This document shows, piece by piece, positions 22,222 to 34,585 of a stretch of 64,000 nt of DNA; the stretch's first letter is position 1; each line of letters opens with the position of its first letter. Source of the DNA: Diplonema japonicum (lineage: Eukaryota; Protista; Euglenozoa: Diplonemea). Below the pieces are notes generated by a model. That model saw only the letters and a list, made by a program, of their open reading frames with translations, ran no database searches and had not been told where the DNA came from. Position numbers and translations under genes: made by a program. Location of the stretch: NCBI GenBank assembly GCA_964019335.1, contig OZ025742.1:248001-312000 (forward strand), read 5' to 3'.

Positions 22222-23602
22222 TTGAAACCGGCAGGGTTGGCTTAAAATGAAATCAGATGGTCAAAATAGCAGCGAAAACGTGAGTCTCCCCCGACTGGTC
22301 AGATAAAGAGGAAAAAGACGATGAGGCGGTCAAAGAGGGGCCGGAAACGATGCTTGGGTGGGAGAAATACTCCCAAAGGCCTGAAACATATCATTTCCGT
22401 GAAAAGGTGGGCTTAGGACACCTCTAGGTGAAGCGGCCAATGAGGAGGGTGTTTTTAATCTTTTTTTGTTACACACGCTCATAGTTTCTTCCACGAACGG
22501 TCGTTTCGGTTCAAAAAAACAGCGGAATCTGAATCTTTCCATCCCAGAGTACAAAATTTGGCTTGGGTTGGTCCTGTTAATGGGTTTACACCCGGCACCG
22601 AATATGAAAAGCTACTGGGCAACAGATTCTATTTTAGCCATCCCGGCTTTTGAGAAAATGAGCAAACCGATTCGTTGACATACAGCGCTACCTCACCTTT
22701 GACAACCTGGAAAACATCAGTAAGGCTTGAAACTGCGCCTCATGCACAGGTTTCTTGACATCATTGTCAACCGGTGTAGGACTGTGCGGACCCCTGGCAA
22801 GTGGTTGTCTGTTGACGACAGTGTTATCCCGACAACAATAAAAGTCATGGCACCACGAAAAAAAAACAACTCGGTGGGCATCAAGGTAATCGCTACATGC
22901 GACTCATAAAACGGTTACCTGGCGAATTTCAACATTTTCAGCAAGAAGTCCACAACACAGGACCTAGTCATGCATACTGTCGACTCCTATGGGTTTGCTG
23001 TCGACCCCTGACCGGCAAGACCAGCTCCAGGGGACTGGAGTTTGGCATATGAAAACCCGGAAGTAGTCGTTATTTATTGGGTTCTGGAAAGCTGTGTTGC
23101 CAACTCCTCCATAATCTGGAAGAAGAGCAGGGAATGTGGCAAAAATTATGGCTTCCCGAGCTTCAAAGAAGAACTTGTTGGCAAGCTTCTCACCCATGCC
23201 AGGTGCAAACGTGGTGCCCCTGTTGCAACCCCCCCTTATGCAAAACGTGTTTTTTACCCTTGCATGCTACCCCAGCTGGAAAAAAAACTCACAAGTTGCT
23301 TTTTTCATCCCACAGCCCCAAAAAGTCTCCAGACTGACCTCAATCCTAGAGTTCAGGGCACCAAATAGGGCTGAATGCTGCCTTTTTTAGCCCAGCCATA
23401 ACTCCACGGACCCCCCACGACAAGACCCCCCAAAATCGGACATAAAAAGTACACCCTCAACCCCCCTCTTACACACATAGTTAAGTGTTCTCATCTGAAT
23501 CTGGCACCTGGAATTGAAAATTTTAGTACCGTTTACCCTTTCCTTGCACCTTCCTATGGTTGCATGCTGCCCTTTTTTTTGAGTATTTAAAGCAACAACG
23601 AA
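22054..23602 (+). mobile_element. Degenerate piggyBac fragment (duplicate of 4154-5702)
   Basis: Same sequence at offset 17900. Confidence 0.85.
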
Positions 23603-24096
23603 TGTGTCCTACCATCGCAGCACCCACCTTCTCACGGAGGTGATGCCGTTGATCGGCGATCTCATCTACGGCAACAACGGGCGGAGGTGGGCCGCCTGAG
23701 GCACAGGTTGTTCTTCTCACACCACCCGCGCGCCCACTCGTAGCCCAGGTCGTCGTCCGTGAGCTGCTGGCAGGAGATTGCAAGCCCTTGGGCGAGGCTT
23801 GAAACCCTGCGGTAGCTCAACGGGGCGCCGGCCTGTATCTGCTCCTTCACTGTTTCCCGCGGAGCAGCCTGTCTGTCTCACTTCTGAGGGTGGGCGGGCG
23901 ACCGGCCGTTCTTTTCGGTGCAGACTCTTCCTCCCACCCCCACCATGGGCTATCTCGCGGGATCGCTTGTGTAGCTTAGCTGCGACATCCTGTTTCGCCT
24001 GGTCAGCAACCGGCAGCCTTCGAGACAAAGCACACAGGGAAAATACATTAGAAAAAAAGAAAAAGAAAGAAAAAAAAAAAACAATATTAAAAGAAC

Positions 24097-25986
24097 ATGA
24101 ATGGAAAGAGAGAGGGATCAGGTGAAGAGGTGAACGATATGACAGTGTTCGTGAAGACGGGAGGCGGGGTTCACGATGTGGAAGTGTCGGGGAAGGAGAC
24201 GGTGGGGATCCTGTACAAGAAGGCGGGGTGTGCTGCTGGTTTACTCGAAGGCAAGTTCGAACTGGTTTGGGAGGGAGAGGTCCTGGACAGGAACGGGGGT
24301 GAAGATATCCAGGAACTCGGGCTCGTGGAGGGCAGCGTGGTCCATGTGGAGGCGAAGATGAGAACCGTTCAGTTGGAGGAGCTTGAGAGCTCAGAAGTGG
24401 TTTCAGAGCTTGAGGAGCTTGTGACAGCTGACCCTGAGCTGGTTCTGGTGGTGGAGGTGGGGAACTCGCCAGCTGTCGAAGTCTTGTCCATGAAGACGAC
24501 GGTCCTTCCTTCCGGACTTCGGTTCCTCGTTGTCACCGACTCCACAGGCTGTGTTACAAGGATAGGCTCTTGGTTTCTTGAAGAGTGCGACCACCTGACG
24601 TCTGTTGATCTCATCCTCCCCAATGTTTCCACCATTGATGAAAATCTTTTATATGGGTGCAAAAATCTAGAAACCATCAACTTGAATGCGATGACCAATC
24701 TTTCTTCTATTGGTGATCACTTCTTGTTTGGGTGCAGAAAACTAGAAACCATCAACTTGAATGCGATGACCAATCTTTCTTCCATTGGTAATGGCTTCTT
24801 GTTTAGGTGCGTAAAACTAGAAACCATCGACTTGAATGCGATGACCAATCTTTCTTCTATTGGTGATTACTTCTTGTCTGGGTGCATAAAACTAGAAACC
24901 ATCAACTTGAATGCGATGACCAATCTTTCCTCTATTGGTGATTACTTCTTGTCTGAGTGCATAAAACTAGAAACCATCAACTTGAATGCGATGACCAATC
25001 TTTCTTCCATTGGTGATCGCTTCTTGTTTGGGTGCAAAAAACTAGAAACCATCGACTTGAATGCGATGACCAATCTTTCTTCCATTGGTAATCGCTTCTT
25101 GTTTAGGTGCGTAAAACTAGAAACCATCAACTTGAATGCGATGACCAATCTTTCTTCTATTGGTCATTACTTCTTGTCTGGGTGCGAAAAACTAGAAACC
25201 ATCGACTTGAATGCGATGACCAATCTTTCTTCCATTGGTAATCGCTTCTTGTTTGGGTGCGAAAAACTAGAAACCATCGACTTGAATGCGATGACCAATC
25301 TTTCTTCTATTGGTGATGACTTCTTGTTTGGGTGCGTAAAACTAGAAACCATCAACTTGAATGCGATGACCAATCTTTCTTCTATTGGTCATTACTTCTT
25401 GTCTGGGTGCGAAAAACTAGAAACCATCGACTTGAATGCGATGACCAATCTTTCTTCCATTGGTAATCGCTTCTTGTTTGGGTGCGAAAAACTAGAAACC
25501 ATCGACTTGAATGCGATGACCAATCTTTCTTCTATTGGTGATGACTTCTTGTTTGGGTGCGTAAAACTAGAAACCATCAACTTGAATGCGATGACCAATC
25601 TTTCTTCTATTGGTCATTACTTCTTGTCTGGGTGCGAAAAACTAGAAACCATCAACTTGAATGCGATGACCAATCTTTCTTCTATTGGTGATTACTTCTT
25701 GGAGGGGTGCGAAAAACTAGAAACCATCGACTTGAATGCGATGACCAATCTTTCTTCCATTGGTGATCGCTTCTTGGAAGGGTGCGTAAAACTAGAAACC
25801 ATCAACTTGAATGCGATGACCAATCTTTCTTCCATTGGTGATCGCTTCTTGTTTGGGTGCGAAAAACTAGAAACCATCGACTTGAATACGTTGACCAATC
25901 TTTCTTCCATTGGTGATGGCTTCTTGTCTGGGTGCGTAAAACTAGAATCTGTCGACTTGAATTTAAAAAGAAAAGTCGGTGTTTAG
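24097..25986 (+). CDS. Ubl-LRR array gene 5, 629 aa, 17 modules
   Basis: Same architecture; length = 504 + 5x25 aa. Confidence 0.92.
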   Translation: MNGKREGSGEEVNDMTVFVKTGGGVHDVEVSGKETVGILYKKAGCAAGLLEGKFELVWEGEVLDRNGGEDIQELGLVEGSVVHVEAKMRTVQLEELESSEVVSELEELVTADPELVLVVEVGNSPAVEVLSMKTTVLPSGLRFLVVTDSTGCVTRIGSWFLEECDHLTSVDLILPNVSTIDENLLYGCKNLETINLNAMTNLSSIGDHFLFGCRKLETINLNAMTNLSSIGNGFLFRCVKLETIDLNAMTNLSSIGDYFLSGCIKLETINLNAMTNLSSIGDYFLSECIKLETINLNAMTNLSSIGDRFLFGCKKLETIDLNAMTNLSSIGNRFLFRCVKLETINLNAMTNLSSIGHYFLSGCEKLETIDLNAMTNLSSIGNRFLFGCEKLETIDLNAMTNLSSIGDDFLFGCVKLETINLNAMTNLSSIGHYFLSGCEKLETIDLNAMTNLSSIGNRFLFGCEKLETIDLNAMTNLSSIGDDFLFGCVKLETINLNAMTNLSSIGHYFLSGCEKLETINLNAMTNLSSIGDYFLEGCEKLETIDLNAMTNLSSIGDRFLEGCVKLETINLNAMTNLSSIGDRFLFGCEKLETIDLNTLTNLSSIGDGFLSGCVKLESVDLNLKRKVGV

Positions 25987-26861
25987 AAGAAGAAGAAAAA
26001 AAGAGGGGAAAGAAAGAAGAAAAAAGAGCACCCTGGCACTGAGAAACATCTTTGTGGAAAAACCAACGAAAAGCAATCCAATACCTCGAAGACACCGGGG
26101 ACCTGCCCCCCTCCGCAACAACTCCACAACAACCATCTAACCTGCTGAAGTAGCATGCCGATCGGAAGGCGGCTGAGGCACTTGTCATTTAATCAGAATC
26201 CCGAGATCCCATCCCTGATCCCCAAATAGAGAGTGTACCATCCTGTTTCTCGCGGAAACAGAGAACCTACCCCCTCCCCACCACAGCACCCGACCAATCA
26301 GATGCAGCAGTGTGAAAAACCGGCACCCTTAGTAGCCAAGAAAAAAAAAAAAAAAAAAAAAACCCCACCCCCGATAACGTATAATTAAGAAAAAATATGG
26401 GGGGGAAAGGATACTGAGGTCCGGCACCCTTAGTAGCCAAAAAAAAAAGAAGTGTAAAGTGTTAAACAGCCAGCAAAGCTTGTGGAAAGAGAACACCAAG
26501 AAAAAAAAAGAGAGAGAAAAAAAGACCAGGACGCCCCCTCCCCGGTCGTGAGAGGCCTATGGGTGTGGCATGCCATGTCTGAAACCTTTAGCTCCCTTGA
26601 ATCACACCAGTGTGCGAGTTTGGCCCATTTTATTTTGGCACGTTGGCGATGGCTGTGGTGGTCGTCGCAAGAGCTCCTGTAGGAAGTATTGGACGATAAC
26701 AGTTAATGGCTTTCGTTTTTCTTCTTTTTTTCTTTTTTTTCTTCTTTTTCTTCTTAGTTTATCACCGTTCTTACTGAGCGCCATTTGACTTGTCACCTTG
26801 ATGTTAGAAGATCGACCTTTTTTTTTTTAATTTTTATTTATTTATTTTTTTTTTTTTTTTT

Positions 26862-27200
26862 TTACGTTTGGGTTCCCTTTCTGCATCTTTGTCCTCCCTT
26901 GCTGCCCCTGAGGCAATCAGCTTGTCGAACCTTCGTGTGGCCTACCTTTCTTAATAGATGCTTTACAGCTGCGTTCAACCCAATATCCATCGGTTGAACC
27001 ATGTAGGTGAACCGCTGCGCGACAGGACGGGATGGCCCCCCTGTGTCTTGAGCTACACGCAATATTGCCGAGAGGACATGCCTTTGCATACCTGGAAAAA
27101 CTGCAACGATACTCGGCTGTGGTGGTTGCTACCCAGTCCACGCACAACCAAGCTGATGGATTTGAAGGCCGCCTACACTTTCTTGAAGATGTTCGTTTCA
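26862..27200 (-). mobile_element. pogo/Tigger-like DDE endonuclease fragment
   Basis: FTYMVQPMDIGLNAAVKHLLRK matches the DDE_1 T..lQPlD.g.n...K motif; frameshifted. Confidence 0.7.
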
Positions 27201-27335
27201 CAGTAGGTTTTTTTATTTTCTAGAGGTTCTTCTTCTTCATTTGACTCCTGCAGCCTTCGAGACAAAGCACACAGGGAAAATACATTAGAAAAAAAGAAAA
27301 AAAAAAAAAAAAAAAAAAAACAATATTAAAAGAAC

Positions 27336-28997
27336 ATGAATGGAAAGAGAGAGAGATCAGGTGAAGAGGTGAACGATATGACAGTGTTCGTGAAGACGGG
27401 AGGCGGGGTTCACGATGTGGAAGTGTCGGGGAAGGAGACGGTGGGGATCCTGTACAAGAAGGCGGGGTGTGCTGCTGGTTTACTCGAAGGCAAGTTCGAA
27501 CTGGTTTGGGAGGGAGAGGTCCTGGACAAGAACGGGGGTGAAGATATCCAGGAACTCGGGCTCGTGGAGGGCAGCGTGGTCCATGTGGAGGCGAAGATGA
27601 GAACCGTTCAGCTGGAGGAGCTTGAGAGCTCAGAAGTGGTTTCAGAGCTTGAGGAGCTTGTGACAGCTGACCCTGAGCTGGTTCTGGTGGTGGAGGTGGG
27701 GAACTCGCCAGCTGTCGAAGTCTTGTCCATGAAGACGACGGTCCTTCCTTCCGGACTTCGGTTCCTCGTTGTCACCGACTCCACAGGCTGTGTTACAAGG
27801 ATAGGCTCTAGGTTTCTTCAAGAGTGCGACCACCTGACGTCTGTTGATCTCATCCTCCCCAATGTTTCCACCATTGATGAAAATCTTTTATATGGGTGCA
27901 AAAATCTAGAAACCATCAACTTGAATGCGATGACCAATCTTTCTTCCATTGGTAATGGCTTCTTGTTTAGGTGCGTAAAACTAGAAACCATCGACTTGAA
28001 TGCGATGACCAATCTTTCTTCTATTGGTGATTACTTCTTGTCTGAGTGCATAAAACTAGAAACCATCAACTTGAATGCGATGACCAATCTTTCTTCCATT
28101 GGTGATCGCTTCTTGTTTGGGTGCAAAAAACTAGAAACCATCGACTTGAATGCGATGACCAATCTTTCTTCCATTGGTGATCGCTTCTTGTTTAGGTGCG
28201 TAAAACTAGAAACCATCAACTTGAATGCGATGACCAATCTTTCTTCTATTGGTGATTACTTCTTGTCTGAGTGCATAAAACTAGAAACCATCAACTTGAA
28301 TGCGATGACCAATCTTTCTTCCATTGGTGATGGCTTCTTGTTTGGGTGCGTAAAACTAGAAACCATCAACTTGAATGCGATGACCAATCTTTCTTCCATT
28401 GGTAATCGCTTCTTGTTTAGGTGCGTAAAACTAGAAACCATCAACTTGAATGCGATGACCAATCTTTCTTACATTGGTGATCGCTTCTTAGAAGGGTGCG
28501 AAAAACTAGAAACCATCGACTTGAATGCGATGACCAATCTTTCTTCCATTGGTAATCGCTTCTTGTTTTGGTGCGTAAAACTAGAAACCATCAACTTGAA
28601 TGCGATGACCAATCTTTCTTCTATTGGTGATTACTTCTTGGAGAGGTGCAAAAAACTAGAAACCATCGACTTGAATGCGATGACCAATCTTTCTTCCATT
28701 GGTGATAGCTTCTTGTTAGGGTGCGAAAAACTAGAAAGCATCGACTTGAATACGTTGACCAATCTTTCTTCCATTGGTGATGGCTTCTTGTCTGGGTGCA
28801 AAAAACTAGAAACCATCGACTTGAATGCGATGACCAATCTTTCTTCTACTGGTGATAGCTTCTTGGAAGGGTGCAAAAAACTAGAAACCATCAACTTGAA
28901 TGCGATGACCAATCTTTCTTCCATTGGTGATCGCTTCTTCTGGTCGTTGGTGCAAACTTGGAGGTCTTCCGTGCGGGCAAAGAAAGCCCCTGCTTGA
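27336..28997 (+). pseudogene. Ubl-LRR array gene 6, 3'-truncated in module 14 by an inserted element
   Basis: 13 full modules, then LRR homology stops at ~28939 (gatcgcttctt|ctggtcg). The normal tail and 3' flank are absent and the frame ends in foreign sequence. Confidence 0.85.
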
Positions 28998-31831
28998 TCG
29001 TTGGTCCCTTGAAACGAAGTCTCAGCGGCCACTGGTTCATCGCTCTCAGGAAGAAGGGAAGGTACATGGTCAAAGACACCGACGTACGGCTAAGGCTCCA
29101 GAGCTTCAAACACATCTGCGCGACATACTCCGAACACAACATCCTCTGCATCCCAGACGATGTGTGGGCCAGGACAACCCCAGGCAGGAAACACAACACA
29201 CGTGTTCTAGACCCTGAGGCTGAGTTTCGCCAGTTTGAGCCGGTCATCACCCCGGCGGCACCCCAGGTAAGCGACTCGAGCGCGCGAAAGACTGAGACCG
29301 CTCTCAACACCCCGGAAGATCGCACCCTCCTAACTCATGTCACCCTAGCTGCAGCTATAGCTACATATGCCGCACGCACCCGACGGCTCGACACAGGAGT
29401 CGCCGCATCAGGTGTGGATGCGCACACCGCTCACTTCGGGCGGCCCGTCGCCACCGCCATCGTAGCCCTAGCTGCCGCCGTGGCCGCGCGAGCCGTGCAC
29501 ACCGGATGCTCTGTCACCACCACGTCTACGGCAAGCCAGACTAACGTGGTCGGAACTGTCCCGCTCTTCCTGAAGGTCTCGAGTCTGCACAAGTCTACAC
29601 CACAGACAGCAGTCGCAACCTGTCAGACGGACCGTGTCACAGCACCTGTACTGTTCTCGATATCATCGACGCTCCAGACGGATCCTCCCAGCAGTAGACT
29701 GCCCCCGATGGACGCCGGACTGGGGTCGCCCTCGGCCGCGGCGGTCAGACTTACGAAGTCTGTCGAAATTCCGACGCCCCGCGCGACCCTGTCGAGGCGG
29801 CCGGTTATTGAGCCTCGGTTGACACCATGCCTTCCACCGCCAACGGACGTGTCATCCACCCAGCTCGCGGCCTGCACTCAATCCACCCGTCGGGACACCG
29901 GACACGGGAGTGACACACCGATGCCGTCGTCTACCATGGGACACGCGACACTCCAACCAGTGGTCGGCTCCCAGATTGTGACAACGTCGGCTGTGGAGTC
30001 ATCGCTCGCCCGAGCCGTGACAACGCCCGTTCTGGCAGACGCCCCCCTCGGCGCCCGCCAGGTACAGCTCACTCCTTGCATCCAGTCCGTCCATGAGAAC
30101 ATCGGACTCGGGATGGATACGCCGATGGCTCCCGCCATGGGACACGCGACGCTTCAACCGGTGGTCAACGCCCAGAGAGACACGACGCTGACCCTGGAGC
30201 CGCCCGTGGCCCGAGCCGAGGCAGACGCTCCCCTAGACCCTCACCAGGCGGATGGTGGTTTAGAAATGATCGACCTCACGCAGGACTCCCCGGACAGACC
30301 CTCGCGCAAGAAGAAGCACGACGGCACTGCTTACGAGCACGAAAACCGTCGTGGTAAGAGTTCCTCCACAGGCGATGGGGATCTTCTCATCCTGCGCGAG
30401 CAGTCACAGGGTTTTGATCAGGAAGCCCTCAACCGAAGGGCCCTCCAGAGACGGATGGATCGATACCTCAGTCTCTTGGTCTACTTCCGGCGACACCCGG
30501 AGCTCTTGGACGAACACCAGCGTCAGCTCCTGTCGGTCGGTCCCCTCCCGATGCACCTGGACACCTCTCCACATCAACTGCTGCTCGAGGCCCGTGACAC
30601 GGATAGAACTGCCGACCAACAGGCAACCGTCGCCAACCAGGAACAGCTTCTTCTGATTGCGCACAAGGCGTTGCCTACCACCGAACGTCTTCGGTTGTCT
30701 CACGAATGGCACTCGGGGCTGAACACCGCGGTACAGCAACAGTGGTGGTCGGAGTTCTTCGCCCAAGGCGGCTGGAAACACCCACTCTTCGGTTCCGAGG
30801 CCCCAAGAGGTGACGAGACTAGGACTCCAGGGAGGACCCCTCTCCTGCTCACCTACAACGGGCAGAGGAACAAACGCCCGGAACCCGAAGACGGCCCCGC
30901 CCTTCCCGCGGCCAAACGGGATCTCGCCGCGACGAGGCCGAACACCAGAGTCACTGGACTTGTCGCCCTTAAGAGGCTCACCAGGGAAGCAGACGTCGAC
31001 GGCCCTGAGGACCTGGATGAGCTTCGACACCTGGGTTTCCTTTCCCAGGGCGAGGCCGTCTTTGACCTCAGCTGCATGTCCAGGGCTTGCACACACTTCC
31101 TGGGTGAGACCCCCATGGTCACGGTCCCCCTCGACACACGCGTCGCGATCCCGTGTCTGCTGGTCTGTTATGACTCGACGTGGCTCTACGCTTCCCGCCA
31201 GGAACAGGGCTTTCGGTTGCAGACCCAAGGGTTCAAGGACAAGTCGTATCCGACTGTGGCAGCCCTACTCGCTGACTTCGTGGGGGCAGGGACCCTCTAC
31301 TACAGCGAGTCACAGTGGTCGACTGTGCTGAACTCCTACAACTAGGAACTACTGGAGACGACCCTACGCAATGTAGGAGTGCCGGCCCGGCGTGCTACGA
31401 GGGCGATAGGCTATGCAGGGTCTCACAGACCTCGCACCCTATGATTTTAGTTTCCACCTTTTCCTTTTCCACTTCTTGTCTTTTAACTTCCCTTCTGCTT
31501 TCCCAACATGGTTTCCGTCCCGGGTATGACGTTAAACTGCGTCCGCCGACGCATTTGGGTCAACATTCTCTGATGACCAAGCCGTCTTTTTCCGTTTCTT
31601 CTCCCCTTCTCTTTGTTATGTTATTTTCATTATTCTTTCTGGCGATAGACTGATACGGGCCATGGAAGCAACCTCTGCTTAATTCCTGGTACGTGGGAGG
31701 CTCCTCTTGAGGATGTCAGTCACCTTTTCCCTTTTTTACTCGACTCTCTGTTTTCGTATGCAGTATTTATTCTTTCCCACCCCTTTTTAGCTATTTCTTC
31801 GCTTCTTCATCCTAACTTAAAACCATTTCAG
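28940..31831 (+). mobile_element. Long copy of a putative non-LTR-type element; 5'-truncated GC-rich ORF (28958-31345, ~795 aa, no RT motif seen) plus ~490-bp 3' region ending ...CTAACTTAAAACCATTTCAG
   Basis: Interrupts LRR gene 6. Its last ~213 bp match the TSD-flanked short copies elsewhere in the window. Confidence 0.65.
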
Positions 31832-32320
31832 CTACCATCGCAGCACCCACCTTCTCACGGAGGTGATGCCGTTGATCGGCGATCTCATCTACGGCAACAA
31901 CGGGCGGAGGTGGGCCGCCTGAGGCACAGGTTGTTCTTCTCACACCACCCGCGCGCCCACTCGTAGCCCAGGTCGTCGTCCGTGAGCTGCTGGCAGGAGA
32001 TTGCAAGCCCTTGGGCGAGGCTTGAAACCCTGCGGTAGCTCAACGGGGCGCCGGCCTGTATCTGCTCCTTCACTGTTTCCCGCGGAGCAGCCTGTCTGTC
32101 TCACTTCTGAGGGTGGGCGGGCGACCGGCCGTTCTTTTCGGTGCAGACTCTTCCTCCCACCCCCACCATGGGCTATCTCGCGGGATCGCTTGTGTAGCTT
32201 AGCTGCGACGTCCTGTTTCGCCTGGTCAGCAACCGGCAGCCTTCGAGACAAAGCACACAGGGAAAATACGTTAGAAAAAAAGAAAAAGAAAGAAAAAAAA
32301 AAAAACAATATTAAAAGAAC

Positions 32321-34585
32321 ATGAATGGAAAGAGAGAGGGATCAGGTGAAGAGGTGAACGATATGACAGTGTTCGTGAAGACGGGAGGCGGGGTTCACGA
32401 TGTGGAAGTGTCGGGGAAGGAGACGGTGGGGATCCTGTACAAGAAGGCGGGGTGTGCTGCTGGTTTACTCGAAGGCAAGTTCGAACTGGTTTGGGAGGGA
32501 GAGGTCCTGGACAGGAACGGGGGTGAAGATATCCAGGAACTCGGGCTCGTGGAGGGCAGCGTGGTCCATGTGGAGGCGAAGATGAGAACCGTTCAGTTGG
32601 AGGAGCTTGAGAGCTCAGAAGTGGTTTCAGAGCTTGAGGAGCTTGTGACAGCTGACCCTGAGCTGGTTCTGGTGGTGGAGGTGGGGAACTCGCCAGCTGT
32701 CGAAGTCTTGTCCATGAAGACGACGGTCCTTCCTTCCGGACTTCGGTTCCTCGTTGTCACCGACTCCACAGGCTGTGTTACAAGGATAGGCTCTTGGTTT
32801 CTTGAAGAGTGCGACCACCTGACGTCTGTTGATCTCATCCTCCCCAATGTTTCCACCATTGATGATAATCTTTTATATGGGTGCAAAAATCTAGAAACCA
32901 TCAACTTGAATGCGATGACCAATCTTTCTTCCATTGGTAATCGCTTCTTGTTTGGGTGCGAAAAACTAGAAACCATCGACTTGAATGCGATGACCAATCT
33001 TTCTTCTATTGGTGATTACTTCTTGTCTGAGTGCATAAAACTAGAAACCATCAACTTGAATGCGATGACCAATCTTTCTTCCATTGGTGATCGCTTCTTG
33101 TTTGGGTGCGAAAAACTAGAAACCATCAACTTGAATGCGATGACCAATCTTTCTTCTACTGGTGATGGCTTCTTGTCTGGGTGCGTAAAACTAGAAACCA
33201 TCGACTTGAATGCGATGACCAATCTTTCTTCCATTGGTGATGGCTTCTTGTCTGAGTGCATAAAACTAGAAACAATCAACTTGAATGCGATGACCAATCT
33301 TTCTTCTACTGGTGATGGCTTCTTGTTTGGGTGCGAAAAACTAGAAACCATCGACTTGAATGCGATGACCAATCTTTCTTCCATTGGTGATTGCTTCTTG
33401 TTTGGGTGCGAAAAACTAGAAACCATCGACTTGAATGCGATGACCAATCTTTCTTCCATTGGTAATCGCTTCTTGTCTGGGTGCGTAAAACTAGAAACCA
33501 TCGACTTGAATGCGATGACCAATCTTTCTTCTATTGGTGATTACTTCTTGTCTGAGTGCATAAAACTAGAAACCATCAACTTGAATGCGATGACCAATCT
33601 TTCTTCTACTGGTGATGGCTTCTTGTCTGGGTGCGTAAAACTAGAAACCATCGACTTGAATGCGATGACCAATCTTTCTTCCATTGGTAATCGCTTCTTG
33701 TTTAGGTGCGTAAAACTAGAAACCATCAACTTGAATGCGATGACCAATCTTTCTTCCATTGGTGATCGCTTCTTGTTAGGGTGCGTAAAACTAGAAACCA
33801 TCAACTTGAATGCGATGACCAATCTTTCTTCTATTGGTGATGACTTCTTGGAGGGGTGCAAAAAACTAGAAACCATCGACTTGAATGCGATGACCAATCT
33901 TTCTTCTACTGGTGATAGCTTCTTGTCTGGGTGCGTAAAACTAGAAACCATCGACTTGAATGCGATGACCAATCTTTCTTCCATTGGTAATCGCTTCTTG
34001 TTTGGGTGCGTAAAACTAGAAACCATCGACTTGAATGCGATGACCAATCTTTCTTCCATTGGTGATCGCTTCTTGTTTAGGTGCGTAAAACTAGAAACCA
34101 TCAACTTGAATGCGATGACCAATCTTTCTTCTATTGGTGATTACTTCTTGTCTGGGTGCGTAAAACTAGAAACCATCAACTTGAATGCGATGACCAATCT
34201 TTCTTCCATTGGTGATCGCTTCTTGTTTGGGTGCGTAAAACTAGAAACCATCAACTTGAATGCGATGACCAATCTTTCTTCTATTGGTGATGGCTTCTTG
34301 GAAGGGTGCGTAAAACTAGAAACCATCAACTTGAATGCGATGACCAATCTTTCTTCCATTGGTAATCGCTTCTTGTTTAGGTGCGTAAAACTAGAAACCA
34401 TCAACTTGAATGCGATGACCAATCTTTCTTACATTGGTGATCGCTTCTTAGAAGGGTGCGAAAAACTAGAAACCATCGACTTGAATGCGATGACCAATCT
34501 TTCTTCCATTGGTGATCGCTTCTTGGAAGGGTGCGTAAAACTAGAATCTGTCGACTTGAATTTAAAAAGAAAAGTCGGTGTTTAG
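32321..34585 (+). CDS. Ubl-LRR array gene 7, 754 aa, 22 modules
   Basis: Same architecture; length = 504 + 10x25 aa; enriched in STG variants. Confidence 0.92.
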   Translation: MNGKREGSGEEVNDMTVFVKTGGGVHDVEVSGKETVGILYKKAGCAAGLLEGKFELVWEGEVLDRNGGEDIQELGLVEGSVVHVEAKMRTVQLEELESSEVVSELEELVTADPELVLVVEVGNSPAVEVLSMKTTVLPSGLRFLVVTDSTGCVTRIGSWFLEECDHLTSVDLILPNVSTIDDNLLYGCKNLETINLNAMTNLSSIGNRFLFGCEKLETIDLNAMTNLSSIGDYFLSECIKLETINLNAMTNLSSIGDRFLFGCEKLETINLNAMTNLSSTGDGFLSGCVKLETIDLNAMTNLSSIGDGFLSECIKLETINLNAMTNLSSTGDGFLFGCEKLETIDLNAMTNLSSIGDCFLFGCEKLETIDLNAMTNLSSIGNRFLSGCVKLETIDLNAMTNLSSIGDYFLSECIKLETINLNAMTNLSSTGDGFLSGCVKLETIDLNAMTNLSSIGNRFLFRCVKLETINLNAMTNLSSIGDRFLLGCVKLETINLNAMTNLSSIGDDFLEGCKKLETIDLNAMTNLSSTGDSFLSGCVKLETIDLNAMTNLSSIGNRFLFGCVKLETIDLNAMTNLSSIGDRFLFRCVKLETINLNAMTNLSSIGDYFLSGCVKLETINLNAMTNLSSIGDRFLFGCVKLETINLNAMTNLSSIGDGFLEGCVKLETINLNAMTNLSSIGNRFLFRCVKLETINLNAMTNLSYIGDRFLEGCEKLETIDLNAMTNLSSIGDRFLEGCVKLESVDLNLKRKVGV

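Larger units (their letters stand above)
19773..24096. repeat. Spacer block A (copy 2)
   Basis: Near-identical to 2115-6196. Confidence 0.95.
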
